From Selaginella moellendorffii (Eukaryota > Plantae > Lycopodiophyta): a stretch of DNA of 64,000 bases. The position numbers and the translations under genes are program-made. The stretch spans positions 773,924-837,923 of the forward strand of contig NW_003314289.1 of the NCBI RefSeq assembly GCF_000143415.4. The letters run 5' to 3'. This document shows, piece after piece, positions 12,170 to 25,499 of the stretch. The notes below the pieces were generated by a model. It did not search any database. It was not told the DNA's origin and worked only from the letters and a program-made list of their open reading frames with translations. Numbering within the stretch: position 1 is the first letter of the stretch; each line of letters begins with the position of its first letter.

Positions 12170-12637
12170 GGGATTTCCATCAAGAAGGTCGGTCAGGGTT
12201 TTGGGGGCGCGCGTCTATCTTGATCAATGGGGCAGGCATCTAGATCGAATGCCGGCTTTCTCGATCGATCGGGTGAAATTTCACTACCAGGTGATGGATG
12301 AGTCGCAAGAACAGGTGTAGAGATCTTGGGATTGAGACGAGTCACTGGGGAATAAGAGATTACTTCGCGAGATGGGGCTTTGCGAGAATTTCCACTTCCA
12401 GGAGAGATGATCCAGCCGAGAGAATCGTCCAGCATTTATGGAAGTTCTTCAATAGGGGACGTAACCACGAAAAGGACCGGGGAATATCCTTTTGGCGGAT
12501 CAAAGTTACACATCACTAGGCATGTTTCACGACTCATCAGCACAGAGAGCGTGATCGAGATTTTAAAGACGCGACTGCCAAGCAGGGATTGAGCTGCCTC
12601 GTTGCCACTACTAGGTGTTCTTCCGGGGTTGGCGATC

Positions 12638-15600
12638 ATGGCACTAGGGAACGGTGTTTTGGGTGTTCTCAAGGAAGAGAAGAATAAGTGGGAGAGGAGA
12701 GCTCCGCTCACGCCGACGCTCTGTGGAAGGCTGCTGCGAAGTGGAGCCGTGGAGAGAATCATCGTCCAGCCATGCAGCAAGCGGATTCACAGAGACTACG
12801 AGTATGAGGACGCTGGCTGCGAGGTCTCTGAGGACTTATCTCAATGTGGTCTTATTCTCGGGGTCAAGCAACCCAAGGTCTGTGTGTTGGATTCTTTCGT
12901 TTTTCATTGTTGCTTGCTTTTCTCTGTCTTGCAGCTTGGGACTCTGCTGGAAGACAGGGCTTATGGATTTTTTTCTCACACCCACAAAGCACAGCCTCAA
13001 AACATGCCTCTACTGGACGAGGTGAGCGAGAAAACTAGCTTGGTTATTCAATCTGGCTATCCATTTCTCGTGGTCAGGTGCTTGGAAAGCGTGTTTTACT
13101 CTACGATTATGAGCTTATTGTCGACGATCATGGTAAACGACTTGTTGCATTTGGGGAGTACGCTGGAAGAGCCGGAATGATTGATTTTTTTCGGGGTCTT
13201 GGTGAAAGTAAGCCGTTTGATTTTGTGCTGCTTACAGAAGATTGATGCTGGAATTTTGTAGGACTTTTGAGCCTCGGGTACTCAACGCCGTTTGTTTCGC
13301 TGGGGTCCTCGTATATGTACATGTCATTGAGTGCGGCTAAAGCTGCAGTGCTCATGGTCGGGGATGCCATTTCAAGCAGTGGTCTTCCGCAGGAATTGTG
13401 TCCGCTGGTGTTTGTATTTACCGGTTCTGGAAATGGTAAGACTTTTCTTTGTGTACATGTTAACAGATTTTTCGTTCTTTTTGCCAGTTTCACGAGGTGC
13501 TCAGGAGATTTTGAATCTTCTTCCGCATGAGTATGTGCACCCTTCTCAACTTAAGGTTTGGTGAACAGTTGTGTTAGGAAAAAAACTATTACCGCTCATC
13601 TGTGTGTCTGTGTCATAAGGATCTGTCAAACCGACGGATAAGCAACCGAAAAGTTTATGCTTCTGTAGTTACTGCGGAGCATATGGTGATACCGAACAAC
13701 CCCGGGAAACAGTTTAACAAGGTCAGTTTTCAAGTGCGTATTCTGTTGCTAAATTTTAAGTTGCAGGCTGATTACTATGCACATCCCGAGGATTACCATT
13801 CAACATTCCACGAGACAATAGCCTCATTTGCGTCTGTGATTGGTAATATTTTCTAGAAAAACCTAGAAACGTCAATTCTGGTACTTTTATCTTCATCATT
13901 TTGCAGTGAATTGTATGTACTGGGAGCATCGATATCCGCAGCTTCTTACCAACAATCAGTTGCAAGACATGTTTGATAAGCATGCTTCAAAATGTAGGCT
14001 ATTGGGAGTCTGTGACATAACTTGCGACGTTGAAGGTTCAATCGAGTGCCTTAAATCAACGACGTGCATCGAGCAACCATATTTCAGGTACATGTTTTTA
14101 AAAAAAAAAAAAAATTGACGTGATTTACTTTCTCCTTGGATCGCAGATACAATCCTGTTACACGTTCGCATCACACGGACCTGGATGGTGAGGGATTACT
14201 ATTCTTGGCTGTCGACATTCTTCCCACTGAATTTGCAAAAGAGGTACACAGGTCTTCACGTGTTTTTAGATTGTTATTATAATCATGCAACAGGCCACCG
14301 CGCATTTTGGGAATGTGTTGCAACCTTTTATCAGCACAATGGCACGGTGTAAGAATCCCATGGAGGCCGTATCGCCGCTGAGACGAGCATGCATTGCTCA
14401 CAGTGGCCACCTTAGCCAATTGTTCGACTACATTCAGCGTATTAGAAATTCTGAAGCTCGGTAAGTTTTCTTACTTTTTTCTCAATGTCGCTGTTTCACT
14501 TTTAAGTGATCATGCAGGCTGATGAACGGCACAAGCACATTCACAACGAAGGTAAAAAGCATGACTTAAGAAAATCTAAACAGATGTTTTCTAAAACCAG
14601 GTGTCACTTAGTGGTCATCTGTTTGACAAGTTTCTGATAAACGAAGCTTTGGACGTGATTGAAGCAGCTGGAGGCAAATTCCAAATTGCGACGTGCCAGA
14701 TTGGTCAAACGTGTGATGCCATTTCTTATGCAGAGATTGAAGTACGTATGCTTTTTCTTCTGTGAATATACAAGATTTTTGCATTCCAGGTTGCAGCAGA
14801 ATCAGAAGAGAACTTAAGCCGCATTGTGGACGCTTTATCTACGATGGCAACGCGTTCTACAGGAGAGAATCATTGTTCTGAAAAAGCTTCAGTTGTTTCA
14901 GAATATAGGAACATTCTTATTCTCGGAGCCGGGAGAATGTGTGAGCCTACATTGATGTACCTCACTGAAAATGCGTTCGAGGACTACGCTGATACGTCAA
15001 AGCCGCCCAAGCAAGTTTTTGTTCACGTTGGATCGTTGTATCTTGAAGACGCATCCAAGGTATGCTTGTCAAGAAGGGAATATATCTTTCCAACTTCTTA
15101 TTTTCTAATGTATCAGGTGGTTGAGGGTGTCGAAAACGCTCTAGCAATACAGATTGACGTAATGGATGAGCAACAGCTAGAGAGTCAAGTACAAAAGGTT
15201 TTTCCCGGTTTTCATCTTTTTACCTTCCAATGAAATAATCATATTGCTTTTCCTCCAGGTTGAAGTTGTGATCAGTTTACTGCCTCCAAGTTTCCACGAG
15301 AGAGTCGCGGTTGCCTGCATTGAAGTAAACTGTTCTTCTCTTTTCTTTTATCCATTTTCACTAATCTTTCTATTCTAGTTAAAAAAGCACCTGGTGACAG
15401 CAAGCTATGTAAGCAAAGATATGGCTCTTCTTGATTCAAGAGCTCAAGCGGCAGGAGTGACATTACTTTGCGAGATGGGGTTGGATCCAGGAATCGGTTC
15501 GTATGACGACTTGTGTCTTGTTTTCTAAATGCTTCTTTTGTTTGTCTAGACCACATGATGGCAATGAAAATGATAGATGCATCTCATGAAAGAGGAGGCA

Positions 15601-16921
15601 AAGTTCGCGTGTTTGAATCGTACTGTGGGGGGCTTCCATCACCTGAAGCTGCCAATAATCCTTTAGCATACAAGTTCAGGTACTTCAATGTGTCATCTTT
15701 TTTGTCTGCCTCACAAGGAGATATGTCTTGTAGCTGGAACCCGACCGGAGCTATCAAGGCAGGAAGGAATGCTGCTATCTACAAGCACGAAAACAAAATC
15801 ATCAGAGTCCCCGGTGAGTTCCCTTTCTCCCGGCGCTTTTCTTTTGACGAGTAGCTTTTCTTTCAGGCGAACGTCTTTTCGGCGCTGCTGTTTCATTTAG
15901 AATTCCGCAGTACCCAGCTTATGCTCTGGAAGTGCTACCGAACAGGGACTCCTTAATGTATGGCGACTTGTATGGCATCACCCAGGAAGCTGCGACAATT
16001 TTCAGAGGGACTTTACGCTATGAAGGTGAACAGCGTTATTTCTATTTGAACATTTGTCACTTTCGGCCTTTGTAGGATTTGGTCAGATAATGGACACTTT
16101 GGGGAAGCTAGGATATTACAATTCTGACAATCATCCGCTCTTGGCTTCTTCAACGGAAACTACATATGCTGCAGTTCTCGAAGCATTGATTCTGCAACTG
16201 TCAACCAGTTACAATGGTTTATGTGCGGAGGAGCTTGCTCGTATCATCTCCTCGGACAACTTAGATGTGGCGAAGCGCGTGCTAAGCTGCATAAGGTTGC
16301 ATATGCTACTCTATCTTAACAACATAATGTAAGTACTAATGCTGATATTTACAGGTTTCTGGGGTTGGACTCCCAAGAAATAGTTCCAAGGTCATGCAAA
16401 TCAGCTTTCGAGGTTCTCTGCTCGCGAATGGAAGAAAAACTTGTCTTCCGTGCTAATGAACAGGTATTTGTATACCAGTTGTTGTTTTGGTTGAACCTTT
16501 GTTTTTAATCTTATGCAGGATCTAGTTCTTTTGCATCATGAACTGGAGGTAGTGTACGAAGACTCGAGATCAGCTGAAAGACACTCGGCAACTTTAGTTG
16601 CTGTTGGAGAGAGTTGTAATCAGCTTAAAAACGAGTCACGTAGGCCGCATTCTGCAATGGCTCGAACAGTTGGTCTCACGGTAGCCATAGGTGCCGAGGT
16701 AAAGTTGAGGCTAGCAACGTCTCTCTCTAACAGGCTCGCTTTGCAGCTTCTGTTTACTGGCAGACTGAAGTCCAGGGGAGTCATTCGTCCACTTCAACCA
16801 GAAGTCTATGTTCCAGGTATGTCTTACGATTTTGTCCAGACAAACTAGAGCCTAACACAAGGATGAAGGTTTGGAGATTCTAGGAAAGCTTGGTCTGGGA
16901 GTTGTAGAAAACGTCGTTTGA
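12638..16921 (+). CDS. LKR/SDH: Bifunctional lysine-ketoglutarate reductase/saccharopine dehydrogenase, many short introns
   Basis: MALGNGVLGVLKEEKNKWERRAPLTP, FFSHTHKAQPQN, SDH part ILILGAGRMCEP, FESYCGGLPSPEAANNPLAYKF and SAMARTVG. Stop TGA at 16919-16921. Confidence 0.96.
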
Positions 16922-17023
16922 AACGAGCAGGTGGTATTATTTTAACTTCTCACGCTTTCTGATACGTATCTGATCCAGGAATCGCTGGGTGTTGGCAAAA
17001 ACAATAGAGTGAGGTATGTGTGC

Positions 17024-18743
17024 CTATCTTGCTCTCTGTGTCAGGATTTTGACTCCCACATACCTGCATAGATACAGTATCTTATCTCACCATAAATCCA
17101 AAGCATTCTCACCTTCCGAGCATCAAAATCGTAGCTTGCGGAATTGTTCCCGGCGAGTATTTGAACGTAGAGCCATCCACCACTCTGAGTCCTTTAATTC
17201 CCAGAACTCTATAGTCCGAGTCCACAACCTGGTTAACTAAGCAGCCACCGTGGTAGTGCCATATGGTCGTCAAGCGTTCTCTGCAATAGTTGGCTATGGT
17301 GGTGTTTATGGTAGCGGCAAAAGCTGGATTTCTCCTGTTAGGTGCTCCAACAGTCCCTCCCGATGGTAGAGTCTGGTTATCATAGACAAAAGGCCTGAAA
17401 GAGTTTGCGAGTATTACCTCCTCGATCGTGTTCACCCCTGCAATGCAAGTTTGCAAGTCTCGAGGGTCTTGGAAGTAGTTGAAAGTTACTAACGGATTGT
17501 CTCGTACGTTTTTGGATTGCAGAACGAGCGTCCCGGAAGACAAAGGCCCTGCGACTTTCTCAATTATGTTCCCGGCTCGAGCTCCTGGCACTCCCGTCAC
17601 GGCAACACCGCAGGCAGCTTCGATAAAATTCCCGAACGGTGCAGTGATCCCCACGACTTGCGCGAGTGCCGACTCCACTGGCGAAGGTGAGACTATGTTT
17701 ACGAGGGCTGCTGGATTGTCACTGACTTGCTTTCCAACTCCAGGCAAGTTGTAAACTACCTTGATCCCCATTGCCGTCACAGCTGGTTTGCTGGCCCAAC
17801 TCCACTCAACAAAAGTAACTGTGGACTTCCTAGTGTACCTGCGCATAGAATCACTTCGCCCTGGAGATTTTTCAGCAAGGTGGTCCGTGTTCTCCCGAGA
17901 GGATCGCTGTACTTGACTCCATAACTTCGATCTCCTGCCAAGAGAAAATCCCCAGATCATCTTGCCAGAGGTACGTGTTTGAAACTTTACCACTGAAGAG
18001 AATGAGCTCGACTTGTGCATGCAGCAGGATGTCGAGGTTGCGCGGATTGGCATAAACGAGTAAATTTGAAGCCGGCCTCCGGGTTCCCTGGTCATCAAAG
18101 ATCGTTCCTCCGGTCTGGGTCCCGACTTGGAAGTCGTAACTGGCACCGTTGTCAGGAGTGACTCCGGCCTTGATGAGTGATCTTCGAAAGGCAGCTTGAT
18201 ACGGCCCGAGACGAGGAACCGACGTTACAACTTGCTCGACCCATCGGAAAGAAGCGTTGGCCAAGCTTCCATCAAGGCCGAGATCGCTGATAACTTGGGG
18301 GCTGGCTCGGTTGTAGAAGCCGATGTTGATGGAAGTTCCACCGCCCAGGACTCGTGCTCGAGCGTTTGGAACGCCTTCGGTGGAGACGAATCCCTGGACA
18401 GGCGTGTCGCTGCCTTGGTTCAAGTAATTCACGATGAAGTTGTCCCGGAGGGTCACGTTTGGGTTCCCATAAGGCGAGCCTCCTCTCTCGAGCAAAAGGA
18501 CTCTAAATTTTTGGGAGAGCGTTGCTGCTAGCGGACACCCTGCGGTGCCACCTCCGACGACAATATAATCATAGAGCTGTGGATGGAATTTTGAATCTGT
18601 AGCTTCATGCATGGGTGGAAGATTCTGTGCTGAAAATCCGAAAAAGAAAGCAAAATAAGAGTTAGTGAAACAAAAAGTTCTTTTCCCTTACTTTTGCATG
18701 CACTAAGAAGACAAGAAGCTAGGATCAAAGCCAGGAACGCCAT
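17024..18743 (-). pseudogene. HOTHEAD/mandelonitrile-lyase-like GMC oxidoreductase with an apparent frameshift
   Basis: Signal peptide, YDYIVVGGGTAGCPLAATLS, ARARVLGGGTSIN, TIWHYHGGC and LRVVDGSTF. The frame GSPQLLLLSGVGPANQL hits TGA at 17779-17777, while homology (TAMGIKVVYNLPGVG) continues in another frame. This could also be a sequencing error. Confidence 0.8.
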
Positions 18744-20008
18744 TTGTTTCTTTTGTCTTTGTTTTTTCAGTGTTAGCATTGTATTTGATCTATCTCCTGT
18801 GCAAGTTGGCTACAACGTCAACAAAATGTTGGTAGAAATCCGATTATTTTATTGCTTTATTTGTCTTAACTTTTTCTTCATTTTTCCTCCTACTGGTTTA
18901 GTGTGTTCTGATCTCCATGGAAACAAATATCATTTAGCAAGACTGTGACTCAAGAATGAACTTGAAACACATTGTAAGAAAAACAATAAAAAACAAAAAG
19001 AAAAACTTACAAATTTATAAATAAAATCCTCAAAATCTTGTTCCTTGCCTAAGTGTGTTGAAGGTATTTCACTAGAAGCTTAGTTTATCTCTCTTACTCT
19101 TGATTGGAGCATGAAAAATATACAATGAGAGAAATAGGATCCTAGGAAACTCACTTAGAACACCTTACATAACACACTTATAATATTTTTGCTATAAACA
19201 TCCAAGCCATCATCTCCTCTTGTTTACTCTACTCAGATTCTATAGTTTTCATAGCAAAGGTAGCAGTAAGAAGATTTGCATGCTTCCATATCTACATATC
19301 TTAGTCAATTGGTAAATGGCCTAAGCCTGAGTCTAACTTGTGATTGATTCCTAAGCCTGAAAGTATTTCTAGATTAAATATAAAATTAAATAATAATATA
19401 CTAATAACTAAAGTAAATTAAAAACATTTAAACTAAAAGAAACAGTAATTTTAAATTGTTCTATGCTAAGTACATATATTATCATCCAAAGAATTAAAAA
19501 ATTGAATTTATAAAGTTATCTGAATAGTGTTTGAAATCAATTTTATTGACTCCATACTAAATCAAACTAGAAAATCATCATAGCACTCAAAACCAGCTCA
19601 AATTACCACTCATCAATATATCTATGAATTATGATCAATCTCATGTCAATATCTATAATGAAATTACCCACACTACTAGTATCTTTATGTATCTTTATGG
19701 AACTATACTAGCTTCATCTAAATAGAATGCCAATCATAATTGTATAGAAAAAACCTAAATATATATATTAATATCATTCAAATTTCTTTATAATGTCAAA
19801 TTTAATATTTATATTTTAAACTTAAAATTCTTTAAGTTAAAAATTACATGAACATTAGAGTAAACTTTATAGAGGGGCTAATATTAGCAGTGGTAGTTTT
19901 CTATCCTTTTTCTAGATAATGTGAAAGTGAATATTCTCCAAATTATTGTTTAACTCCACTTTATAATTGAAAAAATAAGCTATTTAATTAATTATAAAAT
20001 ATAAAGTT

Positions 20009-23000
20009 TGTGAGTAATATGTATATTCAATTAGTCAAAAAAACCTTAACTTATATATAAGAGTGAATAGTCTTCAATCCAATTACTACCAAAACTCCAT
20101 TACACAATGGCATCATAATCATACATCTAAACCTTAGATCATCCCCTCCTTTTAGGAGGATTGAAGGTAGTTAAGGTTCTTATGTTGATGAGCCAAAATC
20201 TAGGGAAACATCAAGAGACACTAGTGGATTTATAAGTGGTACAATTTCTTCTTAATCTTTTTTTATGAAGTGTTTTAGTCATTTCACATACACAATTTCT
20301 AGAGGATTAGTCTATTAAATGTCATATTAAATCTTACAAACTTGCAGTCTAACTTACTAAACACTTGATATAATCCCTTCCATTAAGCAAATGACACTTT
20401 AAACAAACTATATATAGTAAGATTGGGAAAATGAACTAATATAAAGTTATCCCCTTTATAATCTAGAAGTGGAAGTGGATAATGATTAAAGTTTTTAACA
20501 CCATTGTTGTCTTACTTATACGTGGCTCTAAGTGTTTAGTAGACTCTACTCAAACTAATGAAAGGATACTTATCAAATGTTGATCCCAAGAGTTCATTGG
20601 TAGTTCATAACAATTGTGAAGGAAACTCAACTCTCATGACTATATAAAAGTTTATATGGTGAGATACTAAAGAAATTTTGAGTCTCGTGATATAAATATG
20701 CTAAAGAAATGGTAAATAACCATTTTAATTCAAATGCTAAAAATTTACATATTTTATGATCATCCCTTTGAAGGTCTCAATATTATTCCACCAAATCATT
20801 TATATGTGGATGATAAGCAATTGTGAAAGTGTGATGTCAAAATGTAAAATGCCTCAGCCATAAATGCAAGATATTATCCGAAAGAATCTGCTCTAAACAA
20901 GAATGCTGGAAAATCACTCAATTAAGTAGGAAGTATCAAATAGTAATGGTAAATACACTAGCAAGAGCAATAACTTCCACCCAATAAGTCAAGTATTTAG
21001 CTAAAAAGGCTCTATCAAATTAAATGCTACCAGCTCAAACAAATAGGGTGCTTATTCTACTTTGAAAACATGGAATTTAGAGAATCAATATCATTTTCTA
21101 ATTCATTTAATTATGCATTTTCAAAGTTAAACTCCAATTGTCCCTCCATAACATAAGCAAGAGTAATATAAGCTTTGCATCAAATGCTATACATATACTA
21201 AATGATATTATATCACATCTTTGGCCATTACAAAGACATATACAACTTCTTAATTACATAGTGATGTCCTATGTGCCCACATAAAATAGAGATTAAAGGC
21301 ACCAATAGTTAAAATGATCATCAGAATCAATAAAGTAAAGAAGGTTGTCCTCAAAACAATATTAAAAATGTAAATGGAAAAATGGGATAAGTGGTATAAA
21401 ATTCTCAAACCCATTACAAATTTTCATAGCATAACCTTTTGAGCATTACAAACTTCATTAAGAGAAGGTAAATCCATCTCTGCACCTTGTGAATACTAAA
21501 TATCAAATACAAAAACCATCAATAACTAGATTTCTCATCTAAAAAATTCACTGATGCAAGAATAACAACTCCTCAAGAATAAAAGAAAAAAGTAAAGAAA
21601 AGAAAGGAAATTATAAAAGAGTGTTAGCATTAGCCATAGAATTCTCTAGATAACAAACAATATTGAAATTATATATCTAAAGCTTTAAAGCCTATTAAGT
21701 AGTATGACTAACTAAATTCTTCCACTTTAATACTGAAGTAACCACAACATGATTACCCTTTAATAATGTTTGAGAATCATATAAGTATGCATAAAGCTTC
21801 TTAAAACCCCAAATTGTTACTAAACACTCATTCTTTATCTTGCTAGTCATAATATGTGACTAATGTATGTAATGAAGTGCTACTAATCAAGTATAATCAT
21901 GCTCTATTGTATCAAAATGCCTTTGATATTAATATTAAAAGCATCTATATGCAAGATGAAGAGTTGAGTGTAGTTAAGATATGCCAAAGTTGGAACATAA
22001 CACTTCTTTAAGATTTACAAATACCCACTTGTAGTTATAATACTAAATAAAAGACAATATTGATGACTTCAACAATATTTGCAATAGTGTAGTATGATAA
22101 ATGAGATGATCAATAAAATAACTTAGATATTATGCATCTTTCCAAGAAAGCATTGCATATCATTTACACACTTTGAAGTGGGCAACTTAAAAAAAACCAC
22201 AACTTTATAAGAATAAACTTGCAAACCCTCACAATAAATGTAGTACCCAAGATAATTCATATTCTTGGACCCAAACACACACTTTGATCACTTCAAATTC
22301 AAAATAACTTCCCATAACTAATCTAACACTTTGATATCTTTTTTAAATAGATCAAGATATCATTAATAAAGCTAACAGTCATTTTTAGCATATCAAAAAA
22401 AACTTTATTTATCATTTATTGAAAAATTGTCAAAGTATTATTCAAACCAAATAACATCATCAATAATTTATATAAATTAAATGGTAGACAGAAAATGTCT
22501 TTGAAATATCTTCTTCAACTATCAGCATGTGTTAGTACCTAAAACAAGATCCAACTTGGTGAACTAATAACTTCTCTATAAATGATTTAAAAGATCAATA
22601 GTATGAGGAAGAGGGTACACATCCAAAATAATCACATCATTTAACAAATGATAGTCAATGCAAGCTTGAATACTCTCATCAAACTTTGTCACAAGATAAA
22701 ATTCACATGCCCAAAAACTTTGAGAATTACATAAATTGAATAGAAACCTTGATAATACAATCATCCCTAATTAGAATAGGATGATACATTGGAATCTTGG
22801 TTCCAAGTGATAGGTCAAAATTGAAGAGATCAATATACTCAAAAACACAATAGAAAATAATCTAGAGACATAAGTGATGAAAGTAGATATAAAAACAAAA
22901 GGACTAAATGGAATATAGGTAAGAGGAATGGAAGAAATATCAGGGAGTAATAAACAAAAGGAAGAAGCTTCAAAGTCATATTTAGCATGATTGGACTACA

Positions 23001-23750
23001 ACTAATCCATATTAAAGATGAAATTACACCTCCACCCATAATAATTGAAGTTTAAGTTTAAAATCACTCACACTCAAAACTAAGCCCACCTCACCCCACA
23101 TACACACATGCATATAGTTGTTGTTACCAAAAATGAAAATTAGCTCTACCATATAAGATACAAATTTAGATAACAATATGTGGCAACAGATTAAGACACA
23201 TAAGATAAACTTGAACATATATCAACCAATATAGAGAGGATATTGTTGATATCAAAGCCTTTATCCATGAAACAAATGATACCAATTGATATATATAGCC
23301 ATCCTCATAATATGTTTAATAATGAATATCATGGTCATGACCACATCTTCACCTTTATCTATAGGCAATTGTGGCATCCACCTCNNNNNNNNNNNNNNNN
23401 NNNNNNNNNNNNNNNNNNNNNNNNNNNNNNNNNNNNNNNNNNNNNNNNNNNNNNNNNNNNNNNNNNNNNNNNNNNNNNNNNNNNGTAAATTATAAGAACA
23501 AGAAAGATTTAAACAATGCTAAAGTTAAATTTAAATAAAAAGCAAAATTTAATCACTCTCAAGGACAACAAAAAATATTCTTTATCTCCACCAATGTGAT
23601 TGCATGGAATAAAGAAATATGCGTGTTTGATTAACTCAAAAACCTTATCTTATATACAGAAGTGATTGGTCTAGATGAAACCAATCTAATGGCTATCAAA
23701 ATTCCACTACAATAGTAATAGTAAATAAAATTGTAATTATACACTTAAAA
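20009..23750 (-). mobile_element. Highly decayed Ty3/gypsy LTR retrotransposon, same family as 49619-54561
   Basis: LTR-like remnants at ~20009-20140 (followed by PPT complement atcatcccctcct) and ~23600-23750 resemble the short LTR. An RT remnant CIDYHLLNDVIILDVYPLPHTIDLL lies at 22576-22680. Contains an N gap. Confidence 0.75.
23385..23484. other. Assembly gap (100 N)
   Basis: Run of N. Confidence 1.
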
Positions 23751-24634
23751 TGTTTTCAATATTTAAAAACTTCAAAAATTATATGTAAAAAATATAATTA
23801 TTATGGATATAATTTAGTTATAATTTAACTATACAAAATGGGAGTGGATATCATTTATTTAAAATTGTAAGAAAATATAGATATTATAAATTTACAAAAT
23901 AGTATTATGATTCATTCTGATTAATGTAGAGCCATCAGATTGAAAACCCATATTATCTTTTGATTTATTAAAATCATAAGCATTAATAAGCATATACTTA
24001 AAAATAAATCATGGTTACCAATGCCTAGGAGTGGCTAAAACCCCTCCAAATATGAGCCAATCTTGACATAGTTGTTTACTGTAATTTATTATAATACGAT
24101 TATTCTATATATCTAATTGTTAAAACCAATTCAAAATTGCTATGTATAATTTTAGAAATGAGTTTCCAAATAATACTTAAAACCTTCAATAAGAGTCACT
24201 AATTAATTTCCTTATTTGGATTCAGTAATTTAGAATTAGAATCTATATATTCCTGAATAATGGGCTAGCAACTAATTAATAATAACAAAGATCAAGGTAG
24301 CTTAGATAGACATTAATTAGAGTCATATAGGCTAGAGAGATATTGTATGACTTTAATATTTTGAGATAAACTAATTATGGAGGGAAACATAATTTAGAAT
24401 TCAAAAATATTAAGAATATTCTTTTATTTTCTAATGTTTCTCTAAAATTTAAAACATTTTATTTGTTGCAAAACTTAAGATAATATTGTCCTTTACTTTT
24501 AGCTATTGTATCTATTGCTAGATAAAAATATATCTTCTTTTTTATATTTTGTAACTTTTTTATTGTTTTCACCATCTAGCCTTTTTGTTTTGTTTTGCTA
24601 TATAAGAAATCTGTAATGTGATTTTGATTTAACA

Positions 24635-25130
24635 ATGTCACTGGCTATATGTATACTTATTTTGAATCTTGTCATTTCTCCTTATCTATGTAATACAGCA
24701 AGACTATCTATTGAAAAGAATGAATCTAAATCACTTCAGGTAAGTGTTGATATTTATAAAAGAATTAAAATAAAAAATAAAAAAACTTCATTAATAAAAG
24801 GATTTGCCCGGACGGTTTGGAGAGACATGTGACCATATTCATTTGCATATAACTGTAGTTGCAGTAATGCTTGTAGGAGAATGTAAATCAAATGGTGGAG
24901 GAATTGGTAGTGTACAACTTGATCTTAACAATGGGATTGGAAATGTAAATGGAAAATTAGTCGCAGGAGGATCAGATTTTATTAAAAGTTGTGATCTTAC
25001 CACTTTTGGCATTGCTGGAAAAACAACATTACGAGGGAAATGCAAGAATATGCGAGGATATCTTCAACCTACTGAAGTGAATTTAAACACTGCAATTATG
25101 AATCATGAGGGTGAGATGTTTTTCTCTTAA
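24635..25130 (+). CDS. Secreted cyanovirin-N homolog (CVNH) lectin, copy A; exons 24635-24739 and 24801-25130
   Basis: Hydrophobic signal peptide and a phase-0 GT-AG intron, followed by the two-repeat CVNH pattern F.ETC..IHL...LVGECK...LDLNNGIGNVNGKL / SDFIKSC...TTLRGKCKN...VNLNTAIMNHEGEM. TATATAA near 24599. Confidence 0.8.
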
Positions 25131-25499
25131 AACTATTTTATATTTTTTTCATTATATTTTTCATGGATTTTTTATAGTAAAATAAATGTTACAGTTTTGT
25201 CTTGTCATAGCTTTGTCAATTTATATTGTCATGGTTATTTGATTAAAATTTTTAATAGGGAAAATTCTATATCTTAATTCTTAGCAACAAAAGTTGATGA
25301 TTCCAAAGCCAATATATAAGAAAATAAAAATTTTAATTAAAATAAATAGGTAAATATAAAAATTATAAGAAGAACTTTAATTAGCAATATAAGAAACTTT
25401 TTTTGTTCATTTTGATAACTCATTTCTACTATTATAAATAACAACATTAAGGTAATTGGGATGCCAAGTAGTTTCACAATCCCATAAAGGCAAGGGTAC

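Noticed and set aside
12193-12600. Short ORFs between the PPR and LKR/SDH
   Set aside because: No recognisable product; most likely divergent promoter/UTR sequence.
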